Shown here piece after piece: positions 1 through 12,094 of a DNA stretch of 64,000 bases. Position 1 is the first letter of the stretch, and every line of letters begins with the position of its first letter. The notes beneath the pieces are model-generated. The model saw only the letters and a list, made by a program, of their open reading frames with translations. It was not told the DNA's origin and ran no database searches. A program made the translations under genes and the position numbers. The stretch lies in the NCBI RefSeq assembly GCF_030684315.1, contig NC_081366.1, forward strand, positions 20,899,410-20,963,409. Reading direction: 5' to 3'. The stretch comes from Stegostoma tigrinum (Eukaryota).

Positions 1-160
1 TCAGTGTTCTAGCCTCTACAATTCTCTGGAACAGAGAATTCCAGACTTTTACTACCTACTGAGGGAAGAAATTCCTTTGCATTCCTTACATTTCTCCCTA
101 ATCAGTAACTATGCACCCTAGTTTCAGATACCACACTCCCCTCCCCAACAGTGGAAACAT
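1..160 (-). mobile_element. Degraded CR1-type LINE 3' end fragment
   Basis: gagaattccagact...actgagggaagaaattcct...agtggaaacatctt is the reverse complement of the 3' segment seen in the + strand CR1 copies (e.g. 8420-8540). Confidence 0.5.
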
Positions 161-1279
161 CTTGCCATCTACTCTTGATCTTAAAACTTTACCCTACACT
201 TTCAAAAGTCCAGTGGCCTCAGCCCTCCATATCAGTGTAATCGCCTCTGATCTTGAAATTCCTCTAATTCCAGAGTTTTTAACTATCCTGAGTTTAACCA
301 ATCCATTGCTTGGTGAGATTGCTTTCAGATGACAAAATCCTAATCTCTGGAATACTCTTCATAAATTTATAATCTCTAATTGCTCTTTTAAGGTACTCCT
401 TAAAGTATCTATATTTTGGGCCAAACTTTTGATCATAAATGGCTCAGTGCCCAAATTTTGTTCTCTAATTCTCCTTGTTATGATTGTAGCCCTGACTGCC
501 AACTTTGTGATGATCCCAGGTGAGACCACCAAATTATGTTCCGATCTGCTTAGTTTTGAAGTTGACAAGACATGAAATCCAGGAGACTTATTCAGAACTG
601 TAGAACTGTAGGATCTGCAATATATGTACAACTTATTTTTAACTCCCAGATTAACATGTAGTAGACATGGGTAGTACACTGTAATCAAACACCCTACAGT
701 GCATATAAATTAGCAAATGCAATCAAGGTAGATGCTACAGATCTCTCAGCTGTTCACCCAGATGTTAATGATACAAAGCATTGTGAAATCTTATTGAACT
801 TCACAAGGGATTATTGGGCTTTAAAAACTCCTGTCAAGAGCCATGCCATTATGAACTGCCTTGATAACTACTCTTGTTCTGGTCAGTCACCCTCATTTTC
901 TGTGTTCACTCTTCCCTGGTCTCCAAATACAGCACCTCGCTAATTATTCACAGGCATAACTTCCAGCTTTTCACTGACACCTGACTTCACTAAGTTAGAT
1001 ACGTCCCTTGGTTTCAACTGAAGACTAATTTTACTCAGTTGCACAAAGCAAATGCCACCTATGGACTTGCCAAATCATACTGTCAGGTGCACTGATCAAA
1101 TAATGCAATCCTGCTTCTATTGAGCTGGCACAACTTACAGAACTTCTCCTCAGCCCTGTCTGCAACATCAAACTGCTTACTAGCTGTTTGGCCAAGGTCA
1201 AAGTCCTAATAGATACCTAACTGTTCTTGGCTTCCCACTGGGTTCCCAACTACAGAAACTCAGTATAGCACAGTGGTAT

Positions 1280-1520
1280 AAAGCAAAGAACTGTAGGTGC
1301 TGGAAATCTGCAACAAAAACAGAAATTACTTAAGAAACTCAGCATCTGTGAAGAGAAAATAAGAGTTAATATTTCTGGTCCACTGACTCATCTTCAGACG
1401 GTATAGTACAGTTGCCTTTTCATCAATAGAGGTGAACAGTTCATTTCTGAGTGGAGATGGCTTCTCTTTCTCAGATTGCTTCCATGAACCATAGCCACAC
1501 AGAGCTTTTCGACTCCTCTG
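1280..1520 (-). mobile_element. Penelope-derived short element, family B (degenerate), with hammerhead core on the - strand at 1368-1397
   Basis: Contains tgctggaaatctgcaacaaaaacagaaatt...gagttaatatttctggtccactgactcatcttcag. The minus strand reads CTGAAGA-T-GAGTC-AGTG-GACCA-GAAA-TA-TT. Confidence 0.6.
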
Positions 1521-2146
1521 CAACTTCTCTGAGTACTCCAACTATATAGAACTCATACGTCAATTGCTACCCCTGCAGTACAGCTAAAAATAAGCGCTGG
1601 GGCCAGCACCTTACTTCTTTGTGACCTTTGATTTCTTTCTGCCTTCTTGGAACTCCATTTCAGTAACCTATTGAAAACAATTCAATAAGCTTTTACCCCT
1701 TGTAAGGCTAAATTGAATATTCCAGCTAATAAATCTATCAACTGAGAGTGCTCTGAATGTTAATTTGTCAAAAAACTATACAGATGTACAGCATGTAAAC
1801 AGAAACTTCAGTCCAACTCATCCATGCCAAACAGATATCATAAGTCATCTGAACAATTGTGGACATTATTAACATATAACTCCAAGATGTGCTTTCTGAA
1901 AGAAGTATCCTGCAGCCAAAAATGATTGCAGTTTTAACTTCAGTCACTGTCCAGTAAAATCCTGTGGGACTCAAGGAATGTTGCACTTATAGATTGTCAG
2001 AGAAACCTCAAACAGAGGGAGTGATACAAACAGCAAGAGAAAAGGAGAAGATGACCATCTCCCCACATTTAGCAAAAAGCTACTTCTTGCAAATTTTTTG
2101 TATTTTGACCTTCCAGAAATACATAAAAACAAGCATAATGAACTGA

Positions 2147-2335
2147 GTCAGAGATAGTAGGAACTGCTAATGCTGGAGAATCTGAGATAACGAGGTGTAG
2201 ACCTATATGAACACAGCAGGCCAAGCAGCATCAGAGTAGCAGGAAAGCTGTCATTTCATCAAAACGTGAGCTTTCCTGCTCCTCTGATGCTGCTTGGCCT
2301 GCTGTGTTGATCCAGCTCTACACCTTATTATCTCA
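2147..2335 (-). mobile_element. Penelope-derived fold-back element, family A
   Basis: Inverted arms span about 2183-2256 and 2261-2335. The flanking direct repeat cataatgaactga (2134-2146) / cataataaactga (2334-2346) has one mismatch. The ribozyme centre is deleted. Confidence 0.85.
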
Positions 2336-2364
2336 TAATAAACTGACAACAACTATAGTGAGTT

Positions 2365-2396
2365 TGTGTGTATGTGTGTGTGTGTGTGTGTGTGTG
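2365..2396 (+). repeat. (TG)n microsatellite
   Basis: About 16 TG units with one interruption. Confidence 0.95.
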
Positions 2397-3978
2397 CATG
2401 TGTAACTGGCCTGACCTCCTACTGTGTGCATTATTTGGCTGTCAGCATCACAACATAGAGAACAACCATTTAAACACCCCTGCACAGCAGGCAAAACAAG
2501 TTGGAAAAAATCCATTTTCCATTGAGTGATATCAGGCAGCCATCATTGAAAGCTATTGGGACAGAAGACTTTCAATCAACCTACAAAGCTTCTGAACCAA
2601 GAGTTTAGAAATCAACTGAAGAACCACCAGTGTCAACATTACCAGTATCTGCTCTTCACAAACAACTCAGAGATTGATCTGTATTTCGTTTTAACTTTTT
2701 GGACTCAACTTCTGTGTGTCTGTTGTGTTACTCTTTCTTCTCATGTTTGGTATTTCATAAATTTAGTCTTTTTGTTAATTCAGTAAATCTTGGTTCAACT
2801 GACTCCTTTGGGTCAGGCACCCAAGGCACCCTCAGGAGCTTTTAAAATTAGCCTCATTTCAACCAGTGAGGGAGTAGGTGAATAGTCAAGGGAAGTTAGC
2901 TCACATCCGCTCACCTGGCAACCTAAAGGTTTGAGGTATCCCATCTGAACTGTGATAAATTGGGGAACCTCAGCTGGAGACTGGTTGTTATAAATTTCAC
3001 AGAGAATGCTAGCTTCCCCGGTACAAAAGAACTGGATAAAACTGGAGGATTTCATCACATTCTATCAACCACTATGCAACATCAAAAGGTATCATATTAA
3101 TTCAAGTTAGAGTTGTTGGTAATAGGAAATTGAAATGAACTGATTATCTAGAAGCATGATAACTTTAATGATTTTTCTTCAGAAAAATGGATCTCTGTAT
3201 AGCCAGAACATATCTCCACAGTCGCATGCATGAAGCAGTGTAGGTAGTGAGATCTAGTATGTTGACGGTTGGTGATTTGGCAATTTAGAACAGCATTGCA
3301 ATAACAAGAGAATCATAGATCTACCACGGAGGGTGAGTGATGAGTGAAATAACAGCGATAGTCCTGGGTGCCAATACGACAACAAGCCAGGCTGAGACCA
3401 ACCAGCAAAGGAATTCTGACCTGGGGTAGAAAATAATGAGGAACAGGCAGGTAGAAAAGCATACTGAGCATGAACAGAGATGAAAAATAGCCTCAAAAAG
3501 ATAGTTAGATCGAGAAAAAGACCAGAAAAGGACAATCTGGACAATGGTATCTAGAAATTAGTTGCAGTTCAAAAGCACCAGGGAAGATTGCAGCTGGTTT
3601 CAAGAAATGATATGGGCAAGAGAGACGGTGAGGAATACATACTGGGTACGCAAGTAGCAGACCTTAGAAACAAGACCCCATGAAGGAGCATCTGGCAAAC
3701 CATAGGGGAAAGGAAAACACAAACAGATTAAAAACAATAGCAGCTGAGGCTTGCAATTATGCTTCATTTTGTCTTTCACTTTGTGCCTGGATGGACACTA
3801 CTGCAACTAGTTTTCTGTTCAATCAGTCCTATGTACGCTTCTTTCTGTAGCGGCATGGAATTCAACTTTACTGTTGAAAGCATATTAACTTTTATTTGAC
3901 CTATTAATTAAACATAATCACTGCAACACTTGCGATCCTATGTTAAATATTTCTGAAGATTGTGTTAATATTTTCTGA

Positions 3979-4292
3979 TCAGTGGTTAGCACTGCTGCCT
4001 CATAGTGCCAGGGACCGGGGTTCAATTCCACCCTCAGGCGACTGCCTGTGTGGAGTTTGCACATTCTGCCCGTGTCTGCGTGGGTTTCCTCCGGGTGCTC
4101 CAGGTTCCTCCCACAGTCCAAAGATGTGCAGGCTAGGTGGATTGGCCATGCTAAGTTGCCCAAAGTGTCCCGGGATGTGTAGAATAGTTGGGTTGTAGGG
4201 GGATGGGTCTGGGTGGGATAGTTTAAGGGGAAGTGTGGACTTGTTCGGCCAAAGGGTCTGTTTCCACGCTGTAGTGATTCTATGCTTCTGTG
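3979..4292 (+). mobile_element. HE1/V-SINE-type tRNA-derived SINE (slightly 5'-truncated)
   Basis: A-box/B-box-like head (cagtggttagcact...ggttcaattcc), V-domain (gtgtggagtttgcacattct...gggtttcctccgggtgctcc...cccacagtccaaagatgtgcagg) and a CR1-like tail. Two further copies lie in the window. Confidence 0.9.
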
Positions 4293-4535
4293 AAATTCTG
4301 AGATCAGAACATATTTTGGCTTTCAGCTAAAAGCTTTCAATGATTTCAACAGTTCTATAACACTGTAGGTACTATTAGCACAAACAAATAGATGTCTAGC
4401 AGCATGTGTACTTCTTGAACAGTGTTAGAGTACCTGAGGATGTTGCTCTCAGAGGTCGAAGCATCTTAGTTGTCTCAGTGTTCAACAAATTCAGCCAATA
4501 CAGAACAGCAATCAACAAACCAATATAACATTGAG

Positions 4536-4735
4536 CTAAAAACAGAAAATGCTGAAAACACTCAGCAGGACTGGCAGTATTGGTAAAGAGAGAAACAGAG
4601 TTAATGTTTCAGGTCGATGACCTTTCATCAGCTCTAATGTTGAGAAATGTTGAATCTCTGTTAGTCTCCACAGATGCGGCCTGTCCTGCTGGGCACTTCC
4701 AGCATTTTCTATTTCTATTTCAGATTCTGCCAACC
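4536..4735. mobile_element. Penelope-derived fold-back element, family B, with hammerhead core on the - strand at 4603-4631
   Basis: Imperfect inverted arms. The minus strand reads CTGATGA-A-AGGTC-ATC-GACCT-GAAA-CA-TT, with a perfect 5-bp stem II. Confidence 0.75.
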
Positions 4736-7237
4736 ACTACATATTGATTTTGTTATAACATAAATCTGTCGTGCTAATACAGTTGTACACAAACCAAGGG
4801 AAGTCACAATCAAACTGTTCTTTATTAAATATAAGTGTGGTGCTGTTTAAAGTGCTAATAATCATTTCTCCCTTTTGTTCTCTACTCTTCTTCCAATCCA
4901 CCCACCAATTTTTGTTCTTCAGGGACCCCCTCCAGGTCCTACCCCTCTTTCAGCATTCTCTTTTTCAGTTTTGACTCTTGCTCTGCTATAAACCTGGTGA
5001 TCATACCATCTGACTCTCAATCAATGTTTAAAGCCTTTTCTCTTTCATCTCATCTGTCTGCATTTTTATGTTTCATACTGAGCATAGATGCCACCTACGA
5101 GATCCTTGTTCAGCCTTACAAAGATTCATCCAGCACAAATTGGGCTCACTCCAACTTTTGTGTCAGTTCTATTAACAAGAGCCCTTGATAACAACCTATC
5201 TTTTTCTAATGCCTCCTGTACTGAGTTGTCCTCCAGAGTCTTTGCTACGCAACTGTATTATTTTGTGTCCGTTGGCCGTGCTAATTATGGTTGGTGACTG
5301 AAATGTGGTCACCAATTTTGTAGTTCTGCTTCGATAATTCAAGGTGAGTATCCTGTACGAGACACCAGCTGATGTCTTGATTTTATTTCAAAGTCAGCTG
5401 CTAGAGACAGAGTATGGGTTTTACAATTATTTTACTGAGCAATGCAATGACTCGGTTGTTACAGTGAAGCAAAACTCTAAAACATACAGAAAAATTGAGT
5501 ACCTTATACCATTATCAACCTCTTATCCACATTACAATCTAATTTAGTGCGCAGCAAATAGAACAGATGTATTTTTTTCATTATAGGTTAATGTGCCAAG
5601 GTGTCCTTAACCCGTCCAGGGTATAAACAATCAATCTAGCCCTGGATATTGCAGTCTCTTCCTTTATCACTACTTGTCCTACACTGCCTCTTCGCAAGCC
5701 ATTCTTCGAATGTTTTCATTCACATTGTCTCCTGTTTACAAGTGCCTACAGAGATGAGATTCTAAACTGTATTAGATTAATTAAAAGCCTGCCTTCTCCT
5801 TCTAATATGGAACAATCATTTAACTCTTCAAATCTAAAAATCTAAATTTTCCTCCAATAATATAATCAGGGATTCAAAAGTACTCAGCAGGAGAGTCTGT
5901 TGCACATATAAGCTGGTCAGATCACACCTTGATGACTGTATCCTGTTCTGATCACCAAGACACAAAGGAGATGTAAAAGAATGCTAGAGGGAGTGCAGAG
6001 ACTGATCTCCATATCTGGGATCTGAAGTAACAGGAAAAACTGACTCCTCTTGCAAAAGCAGACGTTTCTTGGAGTTGATAATGAAGGGGGTTTAAAGACA
6101 TAATGAAAAAGACAATCCAAAAGTCAACTTGCAACTAAATTATAGAACAAGGATTCTAACTGGAAAACAATAGCTTTCGTGTTGATACCATGTGATTTTA
6201 CTTCATTGGAAAGAATGGTCAACAATTCAACTGCAATTCTGGACATAATTGAAGAACCTAAGGTTATTGATGATGAGCGTATTCAGATTTGGCCAATGGT
6301 TTTCCTCACCTATAAGTATCTGTGATCTTTTAAACACCAAAATAACGCCTACCATTAGACTGAATCTACATCCATTGAACCTACAGGTGCACTATCTAGG
6401 GATATCTGGAAGCTGGCCATAACACTATAGTTTTTGTTCAGTCACTACAGGCTGCAGCACGACTGTGAGCATTTAATGTCAGTCAGCTGCAGGTTGACAT
6501 TAATCAGATAACTTCCATTGCTGGTTTGCAAAGCATGGTTCAAATCAAATGGAGGGTGTACTGGACACCATGTAGAACATTTAAAGGCTATTTTAAAGCT
6601 GCTAAAAGTATAGGAGTCCCATGTGCTTTTCACACAACTGGAAACATGCTAATATTCCAAATTGCTCATTCAAAAGAGAACATTCTGAGCCGGACAGCAG
6701 CGTTGAATCGGCTGGCAAACATAGATTTAGAAGAAAAATGTCTCAATTGTACTGGCCGATATTTTAACTCGATAATTACCGCTTGCTTCACAACTGCAAT
6801 TACCGTGGGACGAAGCCCACATGTTTGCTGCTGCTAGTGATATTGATACATATTTAGCAGCAGATTGGTCATTGCTAAATAAATAAATGCTTTCTTCAAA
6901 AAATAGTCACTGATAGCAATTTGGTGAACATGCCGGGGAGTAACTAACGAATTTCTCTCAGGAGGAAACTGGCATGCTGAGAGCAGCGCAAGAGGTTTTC
7001 CTCTGCATTGGCATTTCAGTTGGGAAAGGGACGTTTCTAAAACTTAATTCATTCGAAAAATACATGCCACTCTTTTCTTACGGACAATGGGGGTACTATT
7101 GGCAAGATGCATTAATCAGGATAGCTGTTTGCAACTGCCTTCCCAATGAATCATTATGGCATCCAGCTGAATTTAGTCATGGACTCACTTCACAACTTCG
7201 TCTGTGAGCTGCCAATGTGCTCCCTAAAGGGCAGTGC

Positions 7238-8727
7238 CTTAGCCCATTATTAAGAATGAGATCGAAGAGTATGTGGAAGTGCACAATAAATTGGGCTGAG
7301 TCAGCACAGCTCCATCAAATGGGAGTGATGCCTGACAAATTTGTTAGAATTCTTTGAGGAGATAACGAGCATGTTAGACAAAATAGAGATCATTGATGTA
7401 ACAAGGTGTGGAGCTGGATGAACACAGCAGGCCAAGCAGCATCTTAGGAGCAGAACAGCTGATGTTTCGGGCCTAGACCTGAAACGTCAGCTTTTGTGGT
7501 CCTAAGATGCTGCTTGGCCTGTTGTGTTCATCCAGCTCCACACTTTGTTATCTCGGATTCTCCAGCATCTGCAGTTCCCATTATCAGAGATCATTGATGT
7601 GATCTATTTGGATTCTAGAAGGACTTTAACAAGGCACTGCACAGGAGGCTGCCCATAGTGTTCGGGCAAAATACTGGCAGGGACAGACAATTGGTTGCAT
7701 GGCAGAAGGCAGAGAGTAGGAATAAAGGGGTATTTTTCAGGATAGCAGCTGGTGGCTCATGGAGTTCTGCTACTCATATTATGCAATAATGATCTAGATG
7801 AAGGAACTGAGGATATTGTGCCACGTTTGCAAATGACACAGAGCTAGGTCTAGGAACAGGTAATGTTGAGGAGGAGGGTAAGCTACAGAAGGATTTGGAT
7901 AGTTAGGAGAATGGACAAAGAAGAGGCAGATAGAATATAGTGTGGGAAAATGTGAGGTTATACATTTGTTAAAAAGAATGAAAGGCATAGACTATTTGAT
8001 AAATGGGGAAAGGTTTCGGAAATCTGAAGTACAAAAGGACTTGAGAGTTCTGGATCAAGATTTTTTTAAGGCCAACATACAGGTTCAGTTGGCAGTTAGA
8101 AGGGCAAATACAATATTAGCATTCATTTCAAAAGGGCTAGAATACAACAGCAGAGATATGCTGCTGAGGCTGTAAAAGGTTCTAGAAAGACCACAGTTGG
8201 AATATTGTGAATTGTTTTGGGCCCCTATCCAAAAAAGGCATTGGAAGCAGTCCAGAGGAGGTTGACAAGAAAGATTCTGGGGATGAAGGTCTTATCACAT
8301 GAGGAGTGGTTGAGGACTCTGGGTCTGTACTCAATGGAGTTTACAAGGATAAGGACGGGGGAGAGATCTGATTGAAATTTACAGAATACTAAGATGTCAG
8401 GAGTAGAATGCAGAAGTGGAGAAGATGTTTTCACTAGTCGGAGAAACTAAGACCCAAGGGCACAACCTCAGATTGAAGGGATGATACTGTAGAACTAAAA
8501 TGAGGAAAAATTTCTCCAGCCAGAGTGTGGTGAATCTGTGGAGGCTAAGTCATTGAGTTTATTTAAGACAGTGATTGATCATTGATTAGTAAGGGGATCA
8601 AAGGTTACATAGAGAAGGCACATAATGGGTTGAGAAATAGATCAGCCATGATCGAAGGTGGAGCAGACTTGATGGGCTGAATAGCCTAATTCTGTTCCAA
8701 TACGGTGTTATGGTGTTATGGTGTTAG
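7238..8727 (+). mobile_element. 5'-truncated CR1 LINE (RT domain to 3' tail), decayed
   Basis: Fragmentary translations CLTNLLEFFEEITSMLDK, DVIYLD, FANDT, GKCEVIH, KDLRV, ANTILAFISKGLEY and RPQLEYC, with stops and frameshifts. It ends in a tandem (atggtgtt)n tail and is interrupted by a family A element. Confidence 0.9.
7400..7585 (+). mobile_element. Penelope-derived fold-back element, family A, nested in CR1
   Basis: Perfect 15-bp flanking direct repeat agagatcattgatgt (7385-7399 / 7586-7600). The inverted arms meet inside the hammerhead stem II (gtttcgggcctagacctgaaacgtc). Confidence 0.9.
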
Positions 8728-8819
8728 GCTGCATATACTCACATACAGTAACATTTCTGTGGTGCAATAGTTATCATGTTGCTTCACACATGTCTAAAAC
8801 ATAGCAAAAACATTGTGAA

Positions 8820-8945
8820 GGTCTTGTGATGCAAGTGATAATTTCCCTACCTCTGGGCCAAATTATTCGGGTTAAAGTCCTATCTCAGGGTGTATTTGCT
8901 CTGGTAAGTGTGTCATAACATGTGAAAACTGGTTGATTTAAAAAA
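8820..8945 (+). mobile_element. Short tRNA-derived SINE remnant
   Basis: Contains gtcttgtgatgcaagtg...cctacctctg...gggttaaagtcc...ataacatg...ggttgatt. Related reverse copies lie at about 29105-29215 and 39625-39730. Confidence 0.5.
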
Positions 8946-9465
8946 AAACTCACACTCAGGACCTTGTTATGAATTTCTACAGCATCCATTGTATTTGTTT
9001 CAAGTCTCCAGTATCAAAGGTGCTTAACTCTTATTTGAGTGCCACATTAAGAAGTCTGGATATTCAAGGCTGTTACAATGAGGAATGTTGGGTGTTTCAT
9101 AAAATGTTATAGTGAAGAGTGTGAGATGTATTTTAATGGGAAATGTTGGGTGAGTTTAAGGTAAATAAGAAGGAATTATAGCTATAGATAAATCCAGACG
9201 TATGAGGAAATGAGAGTACATGTGCAAATTACATGGACTGAAATAATTTCTGAAAGTTTATATTTTATTTGTAATGCAGATTCACTGCTCACAGTTATAG
9301 TTTTCATGGTTATTATGCAATTTTATTCAGAATGAGATAAAGAGCTCAGGCTGGAACTGACTTGAGTTCCTTCTCACTGTACATATCTAATACTCTACAG
9401 TATGACTGCACTGTCTCAGTAAATAGGGAGTGCATGATGTGTATCCTTCTTTTCTTTATGTGCAG

Positions 9466-9735
9466 GAGCCAATTTCACACTGACAGAACTGGGAATCTGT
9501 GAGCCCTCCCCTCACCGCAGCACTGCTTATTGTCCAGACATGGGGCTCCTCCATCGTGGATATTCCCTGAGCGACGCTGAATCTGACACAGAAGGTGCCA
9601 TTTCTCCAGAGCATGCTATTAGGTTATGGGGGAGGGGCATCAAATCCAGACGAAGCTCAGGGCTGTCCAGTCGAGAGAATTCAGCCCTCACATTGACTGA
9701 TTCAGACAACGAAAAGGATTCTGATGAGGAAGCAG
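9466..9735 (+). CDS. TENM2: Teneurin-2 internal coding exon (N-terminal intracellular domain; equivalent to human TENM2 coding exon 2)
   Basis: Polypyrimidine tract plus CAG acceptor (tccttcttttctttatgtgcag|GA, AG at 9464-9465) and G|GTATG donor (GT at 9736-9737). The exon is 270 nt, phase 1-1, and translates as (G)[89 protein letters not shown](G). This closely matches the teneurin-2 motif [37 protein letters not shown] as I recall it. The ORF-track entry 9540..9791 is part of this exon plus intron read-through. Confidence 0.95.
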
Positions 9736-11224
9736 GTATGTGCATTTATAAGCTGGTAAAAGCACAGCCTTCAGTCTTGCCACCACATTGAAGTGGGAAC
9801 TTGCTGCTCATTGTAGTGTTGACTGTTTTTAATGTGGTGGTACAGTAAGCAGGATAAGTTTGCAAGGGATTCCATTTTATACTGACTTACAAAAGGGCTT
9901 ATGCCCCTGATACTTTAGGCCTGTTCTTATTTCATGGCTTAGGTCTTCAGGAAGTTTCTGGAGTGGCAGAATGAGATAATGAACACATGTAATAAAGCCA
10001 TGACACTAGTGTCTTACCGTGGCTCAATATCCGGTTTAGTGGCTGGAGATTTGAACTGAATAACTCATATTACTGAGTATTCTTCATAATTTCCAAAAAT
10101 ACATAAAACATACCCAGTGCACAATGACTGGTCTAACACATCACTTGGCAAACAAACATTGACTCACTGACTTGTAGCAACTTAGTTGACTGTGCGATCA
10201 AGTAGTAAGGTCAAATTGCTATACTTTTATTAGAGGGCCACATTTTGACCCTTTCATTTAATAATGGAACCTCTTTATATGACAACAGTAAAAAGCATTT
10301 GAGCTGCAATAAGAGTACCAGGTTTTACTCAGCCAGCAGGTTTCCTCCTTCCACTTGTGAATGTATTAGCACAACATATGGCTGATTTATATGCTAACAC
10401 CTAAGTTTATTCTATTTGCTGTAGGGGAAGCTAGTCATTAAAGCAGCATTTGATTATGATTTGATTATTGTTGGTTGTGTCTTTTAACATTCGGCTGGTC
10501 ACTTCTTTGTGTTTTTGAGTGTTTTCTCCTGTATGTATGTATCCAGTTTTAGCCCCCAAACATACTAATATTGACTTTGTGGAAAAAATGCAGGAGCTGA
10601 TTGTATTTATAACAATAGTATTCAAGAGGTAGGGCTGTTTACTCTGACCTGGTGGTGATAGCATTGAGATTTTTGGTGAATAAAAGGATTGGACTGTGTA
10701 TTGTGGATAGATTATTAAAGCTAGATATGAACTGTAAGACGATATGCCACAGGTAGAAAATACTATATGTTAATCAAACAGCCTACCAAAATGGCATAAA
10801 GTATTTTTTGTCACAGAATTACTGGCTTCTGTGTAAAAAAAAATCAAAACACACAACGGATACAGTTATATCATAAAAATTTGACAGCAACTTGACAAGT
10901 TCCTGAATGAACAGCACGTTTCTATCAATAAACATAAGAGTTGCTATATAACTGCAAAGGAACACTAGAGCACGGTCTGAGACATTTGTGGTTCTTTACC
11001 CACTCACTTTTTTTCATTTGTTGGGAGGCACATGCAATAACATGTTTTACAACACTCTGATGTATTATGGCTGAACTGGGAACAAGAACAATTTTTAAAG
11101 CCTTTGATATGAATATAAATCTTTAGTGTAAGATTCAAGTCAACATTGATATAATTTCTATTGTCAGTTGAACTTACTGAGGTTCATCTGGCCATCTGAT
11201 GCTTCTTTTAACCAGTATAGCTGC

Positions 11225-11560
11225 CTCAGATATTAATATGGATCATATGGATCAAACAAATGTAGGACAAATGGGTATGAACAAACCACAGATGTGTTTT
11301 TATTTCCAAGCTTCATGCAGCACAAAAGAAGGATCCATCTTTCCTTGACTAACTTTCGGAGAGAGCTATCGATTAGCCCCCACTGCTTTGTTCTTTCCTC
11401 ATAGCCTTGTAAATGTTTCATTGTTAAGTGTATATCCAACGTATTTTTGGAAGTTCTATTGAATCAGCTTCGACTTTCTGTTCAGGCTGTTCATTTGAGA
11501 TTGTCATTGGTTGGAGAGTAAAATAGATTTTCCTCAAATCTTATATGTTTCCTTTGGCTA
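11225..11560 (-). mobile_element. Degraded CR1-type 3' end
   Basis: Resembles the reverse complement of the CR1 3' UTR (tatatccaac...ttttggaagtt...attgaatcagcttc). Confidence 0.45.
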
Positions 11561-11758
11561 TTGATCGTCTTCACAATAGAAATTATTTCACTTTATATAT
11601 TTGGGGAAAAGCCCTTTAAATTTGGAGTAACTTAAATATTATTTTATGTAAGTGTATGAAATCAAAAGGGCAAGGAAGAAGCTGGCTGAGGAGATGTGAT
11701 CGCAGCGAACCCATCTTCATGATTCACCTTGTGAACTGCTTTTTCTGTCAAAATGCAT

Positions 11759-12094
11759 GGATTGTCCAGCATCTGCAGTTGCCATTATCACTGATACAAT
11801 TTTAACCTCACTGCGAAGCCTCTTCGAGGGATGCCTAACCTGAAGAAGTTACCCTCCTCCCTCTGGACCAACTTCAGGGAATCTCTCTCCCACTGCAACT
11901 CTCTTGTAATCTCTTCCTCTCCACCTATCTTGTTTTCTCTCCATCTTCGGTCCGCCTCCCCCTCCCTATTTATTCCAGAACCCTCACCCCATTCCCCTCT
12001 CTGATGAAGGGTCTAGGCCCGAAACGTCAGCTTTTGTGCTCCTGAGATGCTGCTTGGCCTGCTGTGTTCATCCAGCCTCACATTTTATTATCTT
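11759..12094 (+). mobile_element. Circularly permuted 336-nt Penelope-derived unit (family A) with intact hammerhead motif
   Basis: Starts with ggattgtccagcatctgcagttgccattatc, the terminal block of other family A copies. It ends at cacattttattatctt, the block that immediately precedes that terminus in other copies. It contains a pyrimidine-rich spacer and the ribozyme core. Confidence 0.8.
12001..12028 (+). ncRNA. Minimal (PLE-type, type I) hammerhead ribozyme motif
   Basis: CTGATGA-A-GGGTC-TA-GGCCC-GAAA-CG-TC: all catalytic-core nucleotides are present, with an extra A after A9 and a palindromic ACGT stem III. Predicted cleavage is after C12028. Stem I in cis is only about 2 bp. Confidence 0.75.

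Larger units (their letters stand above)
1..9465 (+). other. TENM2: 3' part of the TENM2 intron upstream of the exon
   Basis: The exon at 9466 begins in phase 1 after a canonical acceptor. No other teneurin-like coding segment was recognised upstream. Confidence 0.8.

Noticed and set aside
3979-4040. tRNA-like sequence
   Set aside because: It is a SINE head without a complete cloverleaf and continues into the V-domain.
9736-9791. C-terminal extension of ORF 9540..9791 (MCIYKLVK...)
   Set aside because: It lies beyond the GT donor at 9736, and teneurin similarity stops there.
11840-11860. Second CTGAAGAAG as another hammerhead core
   Set aside because: There is no stem II followed by GAAA downstream.
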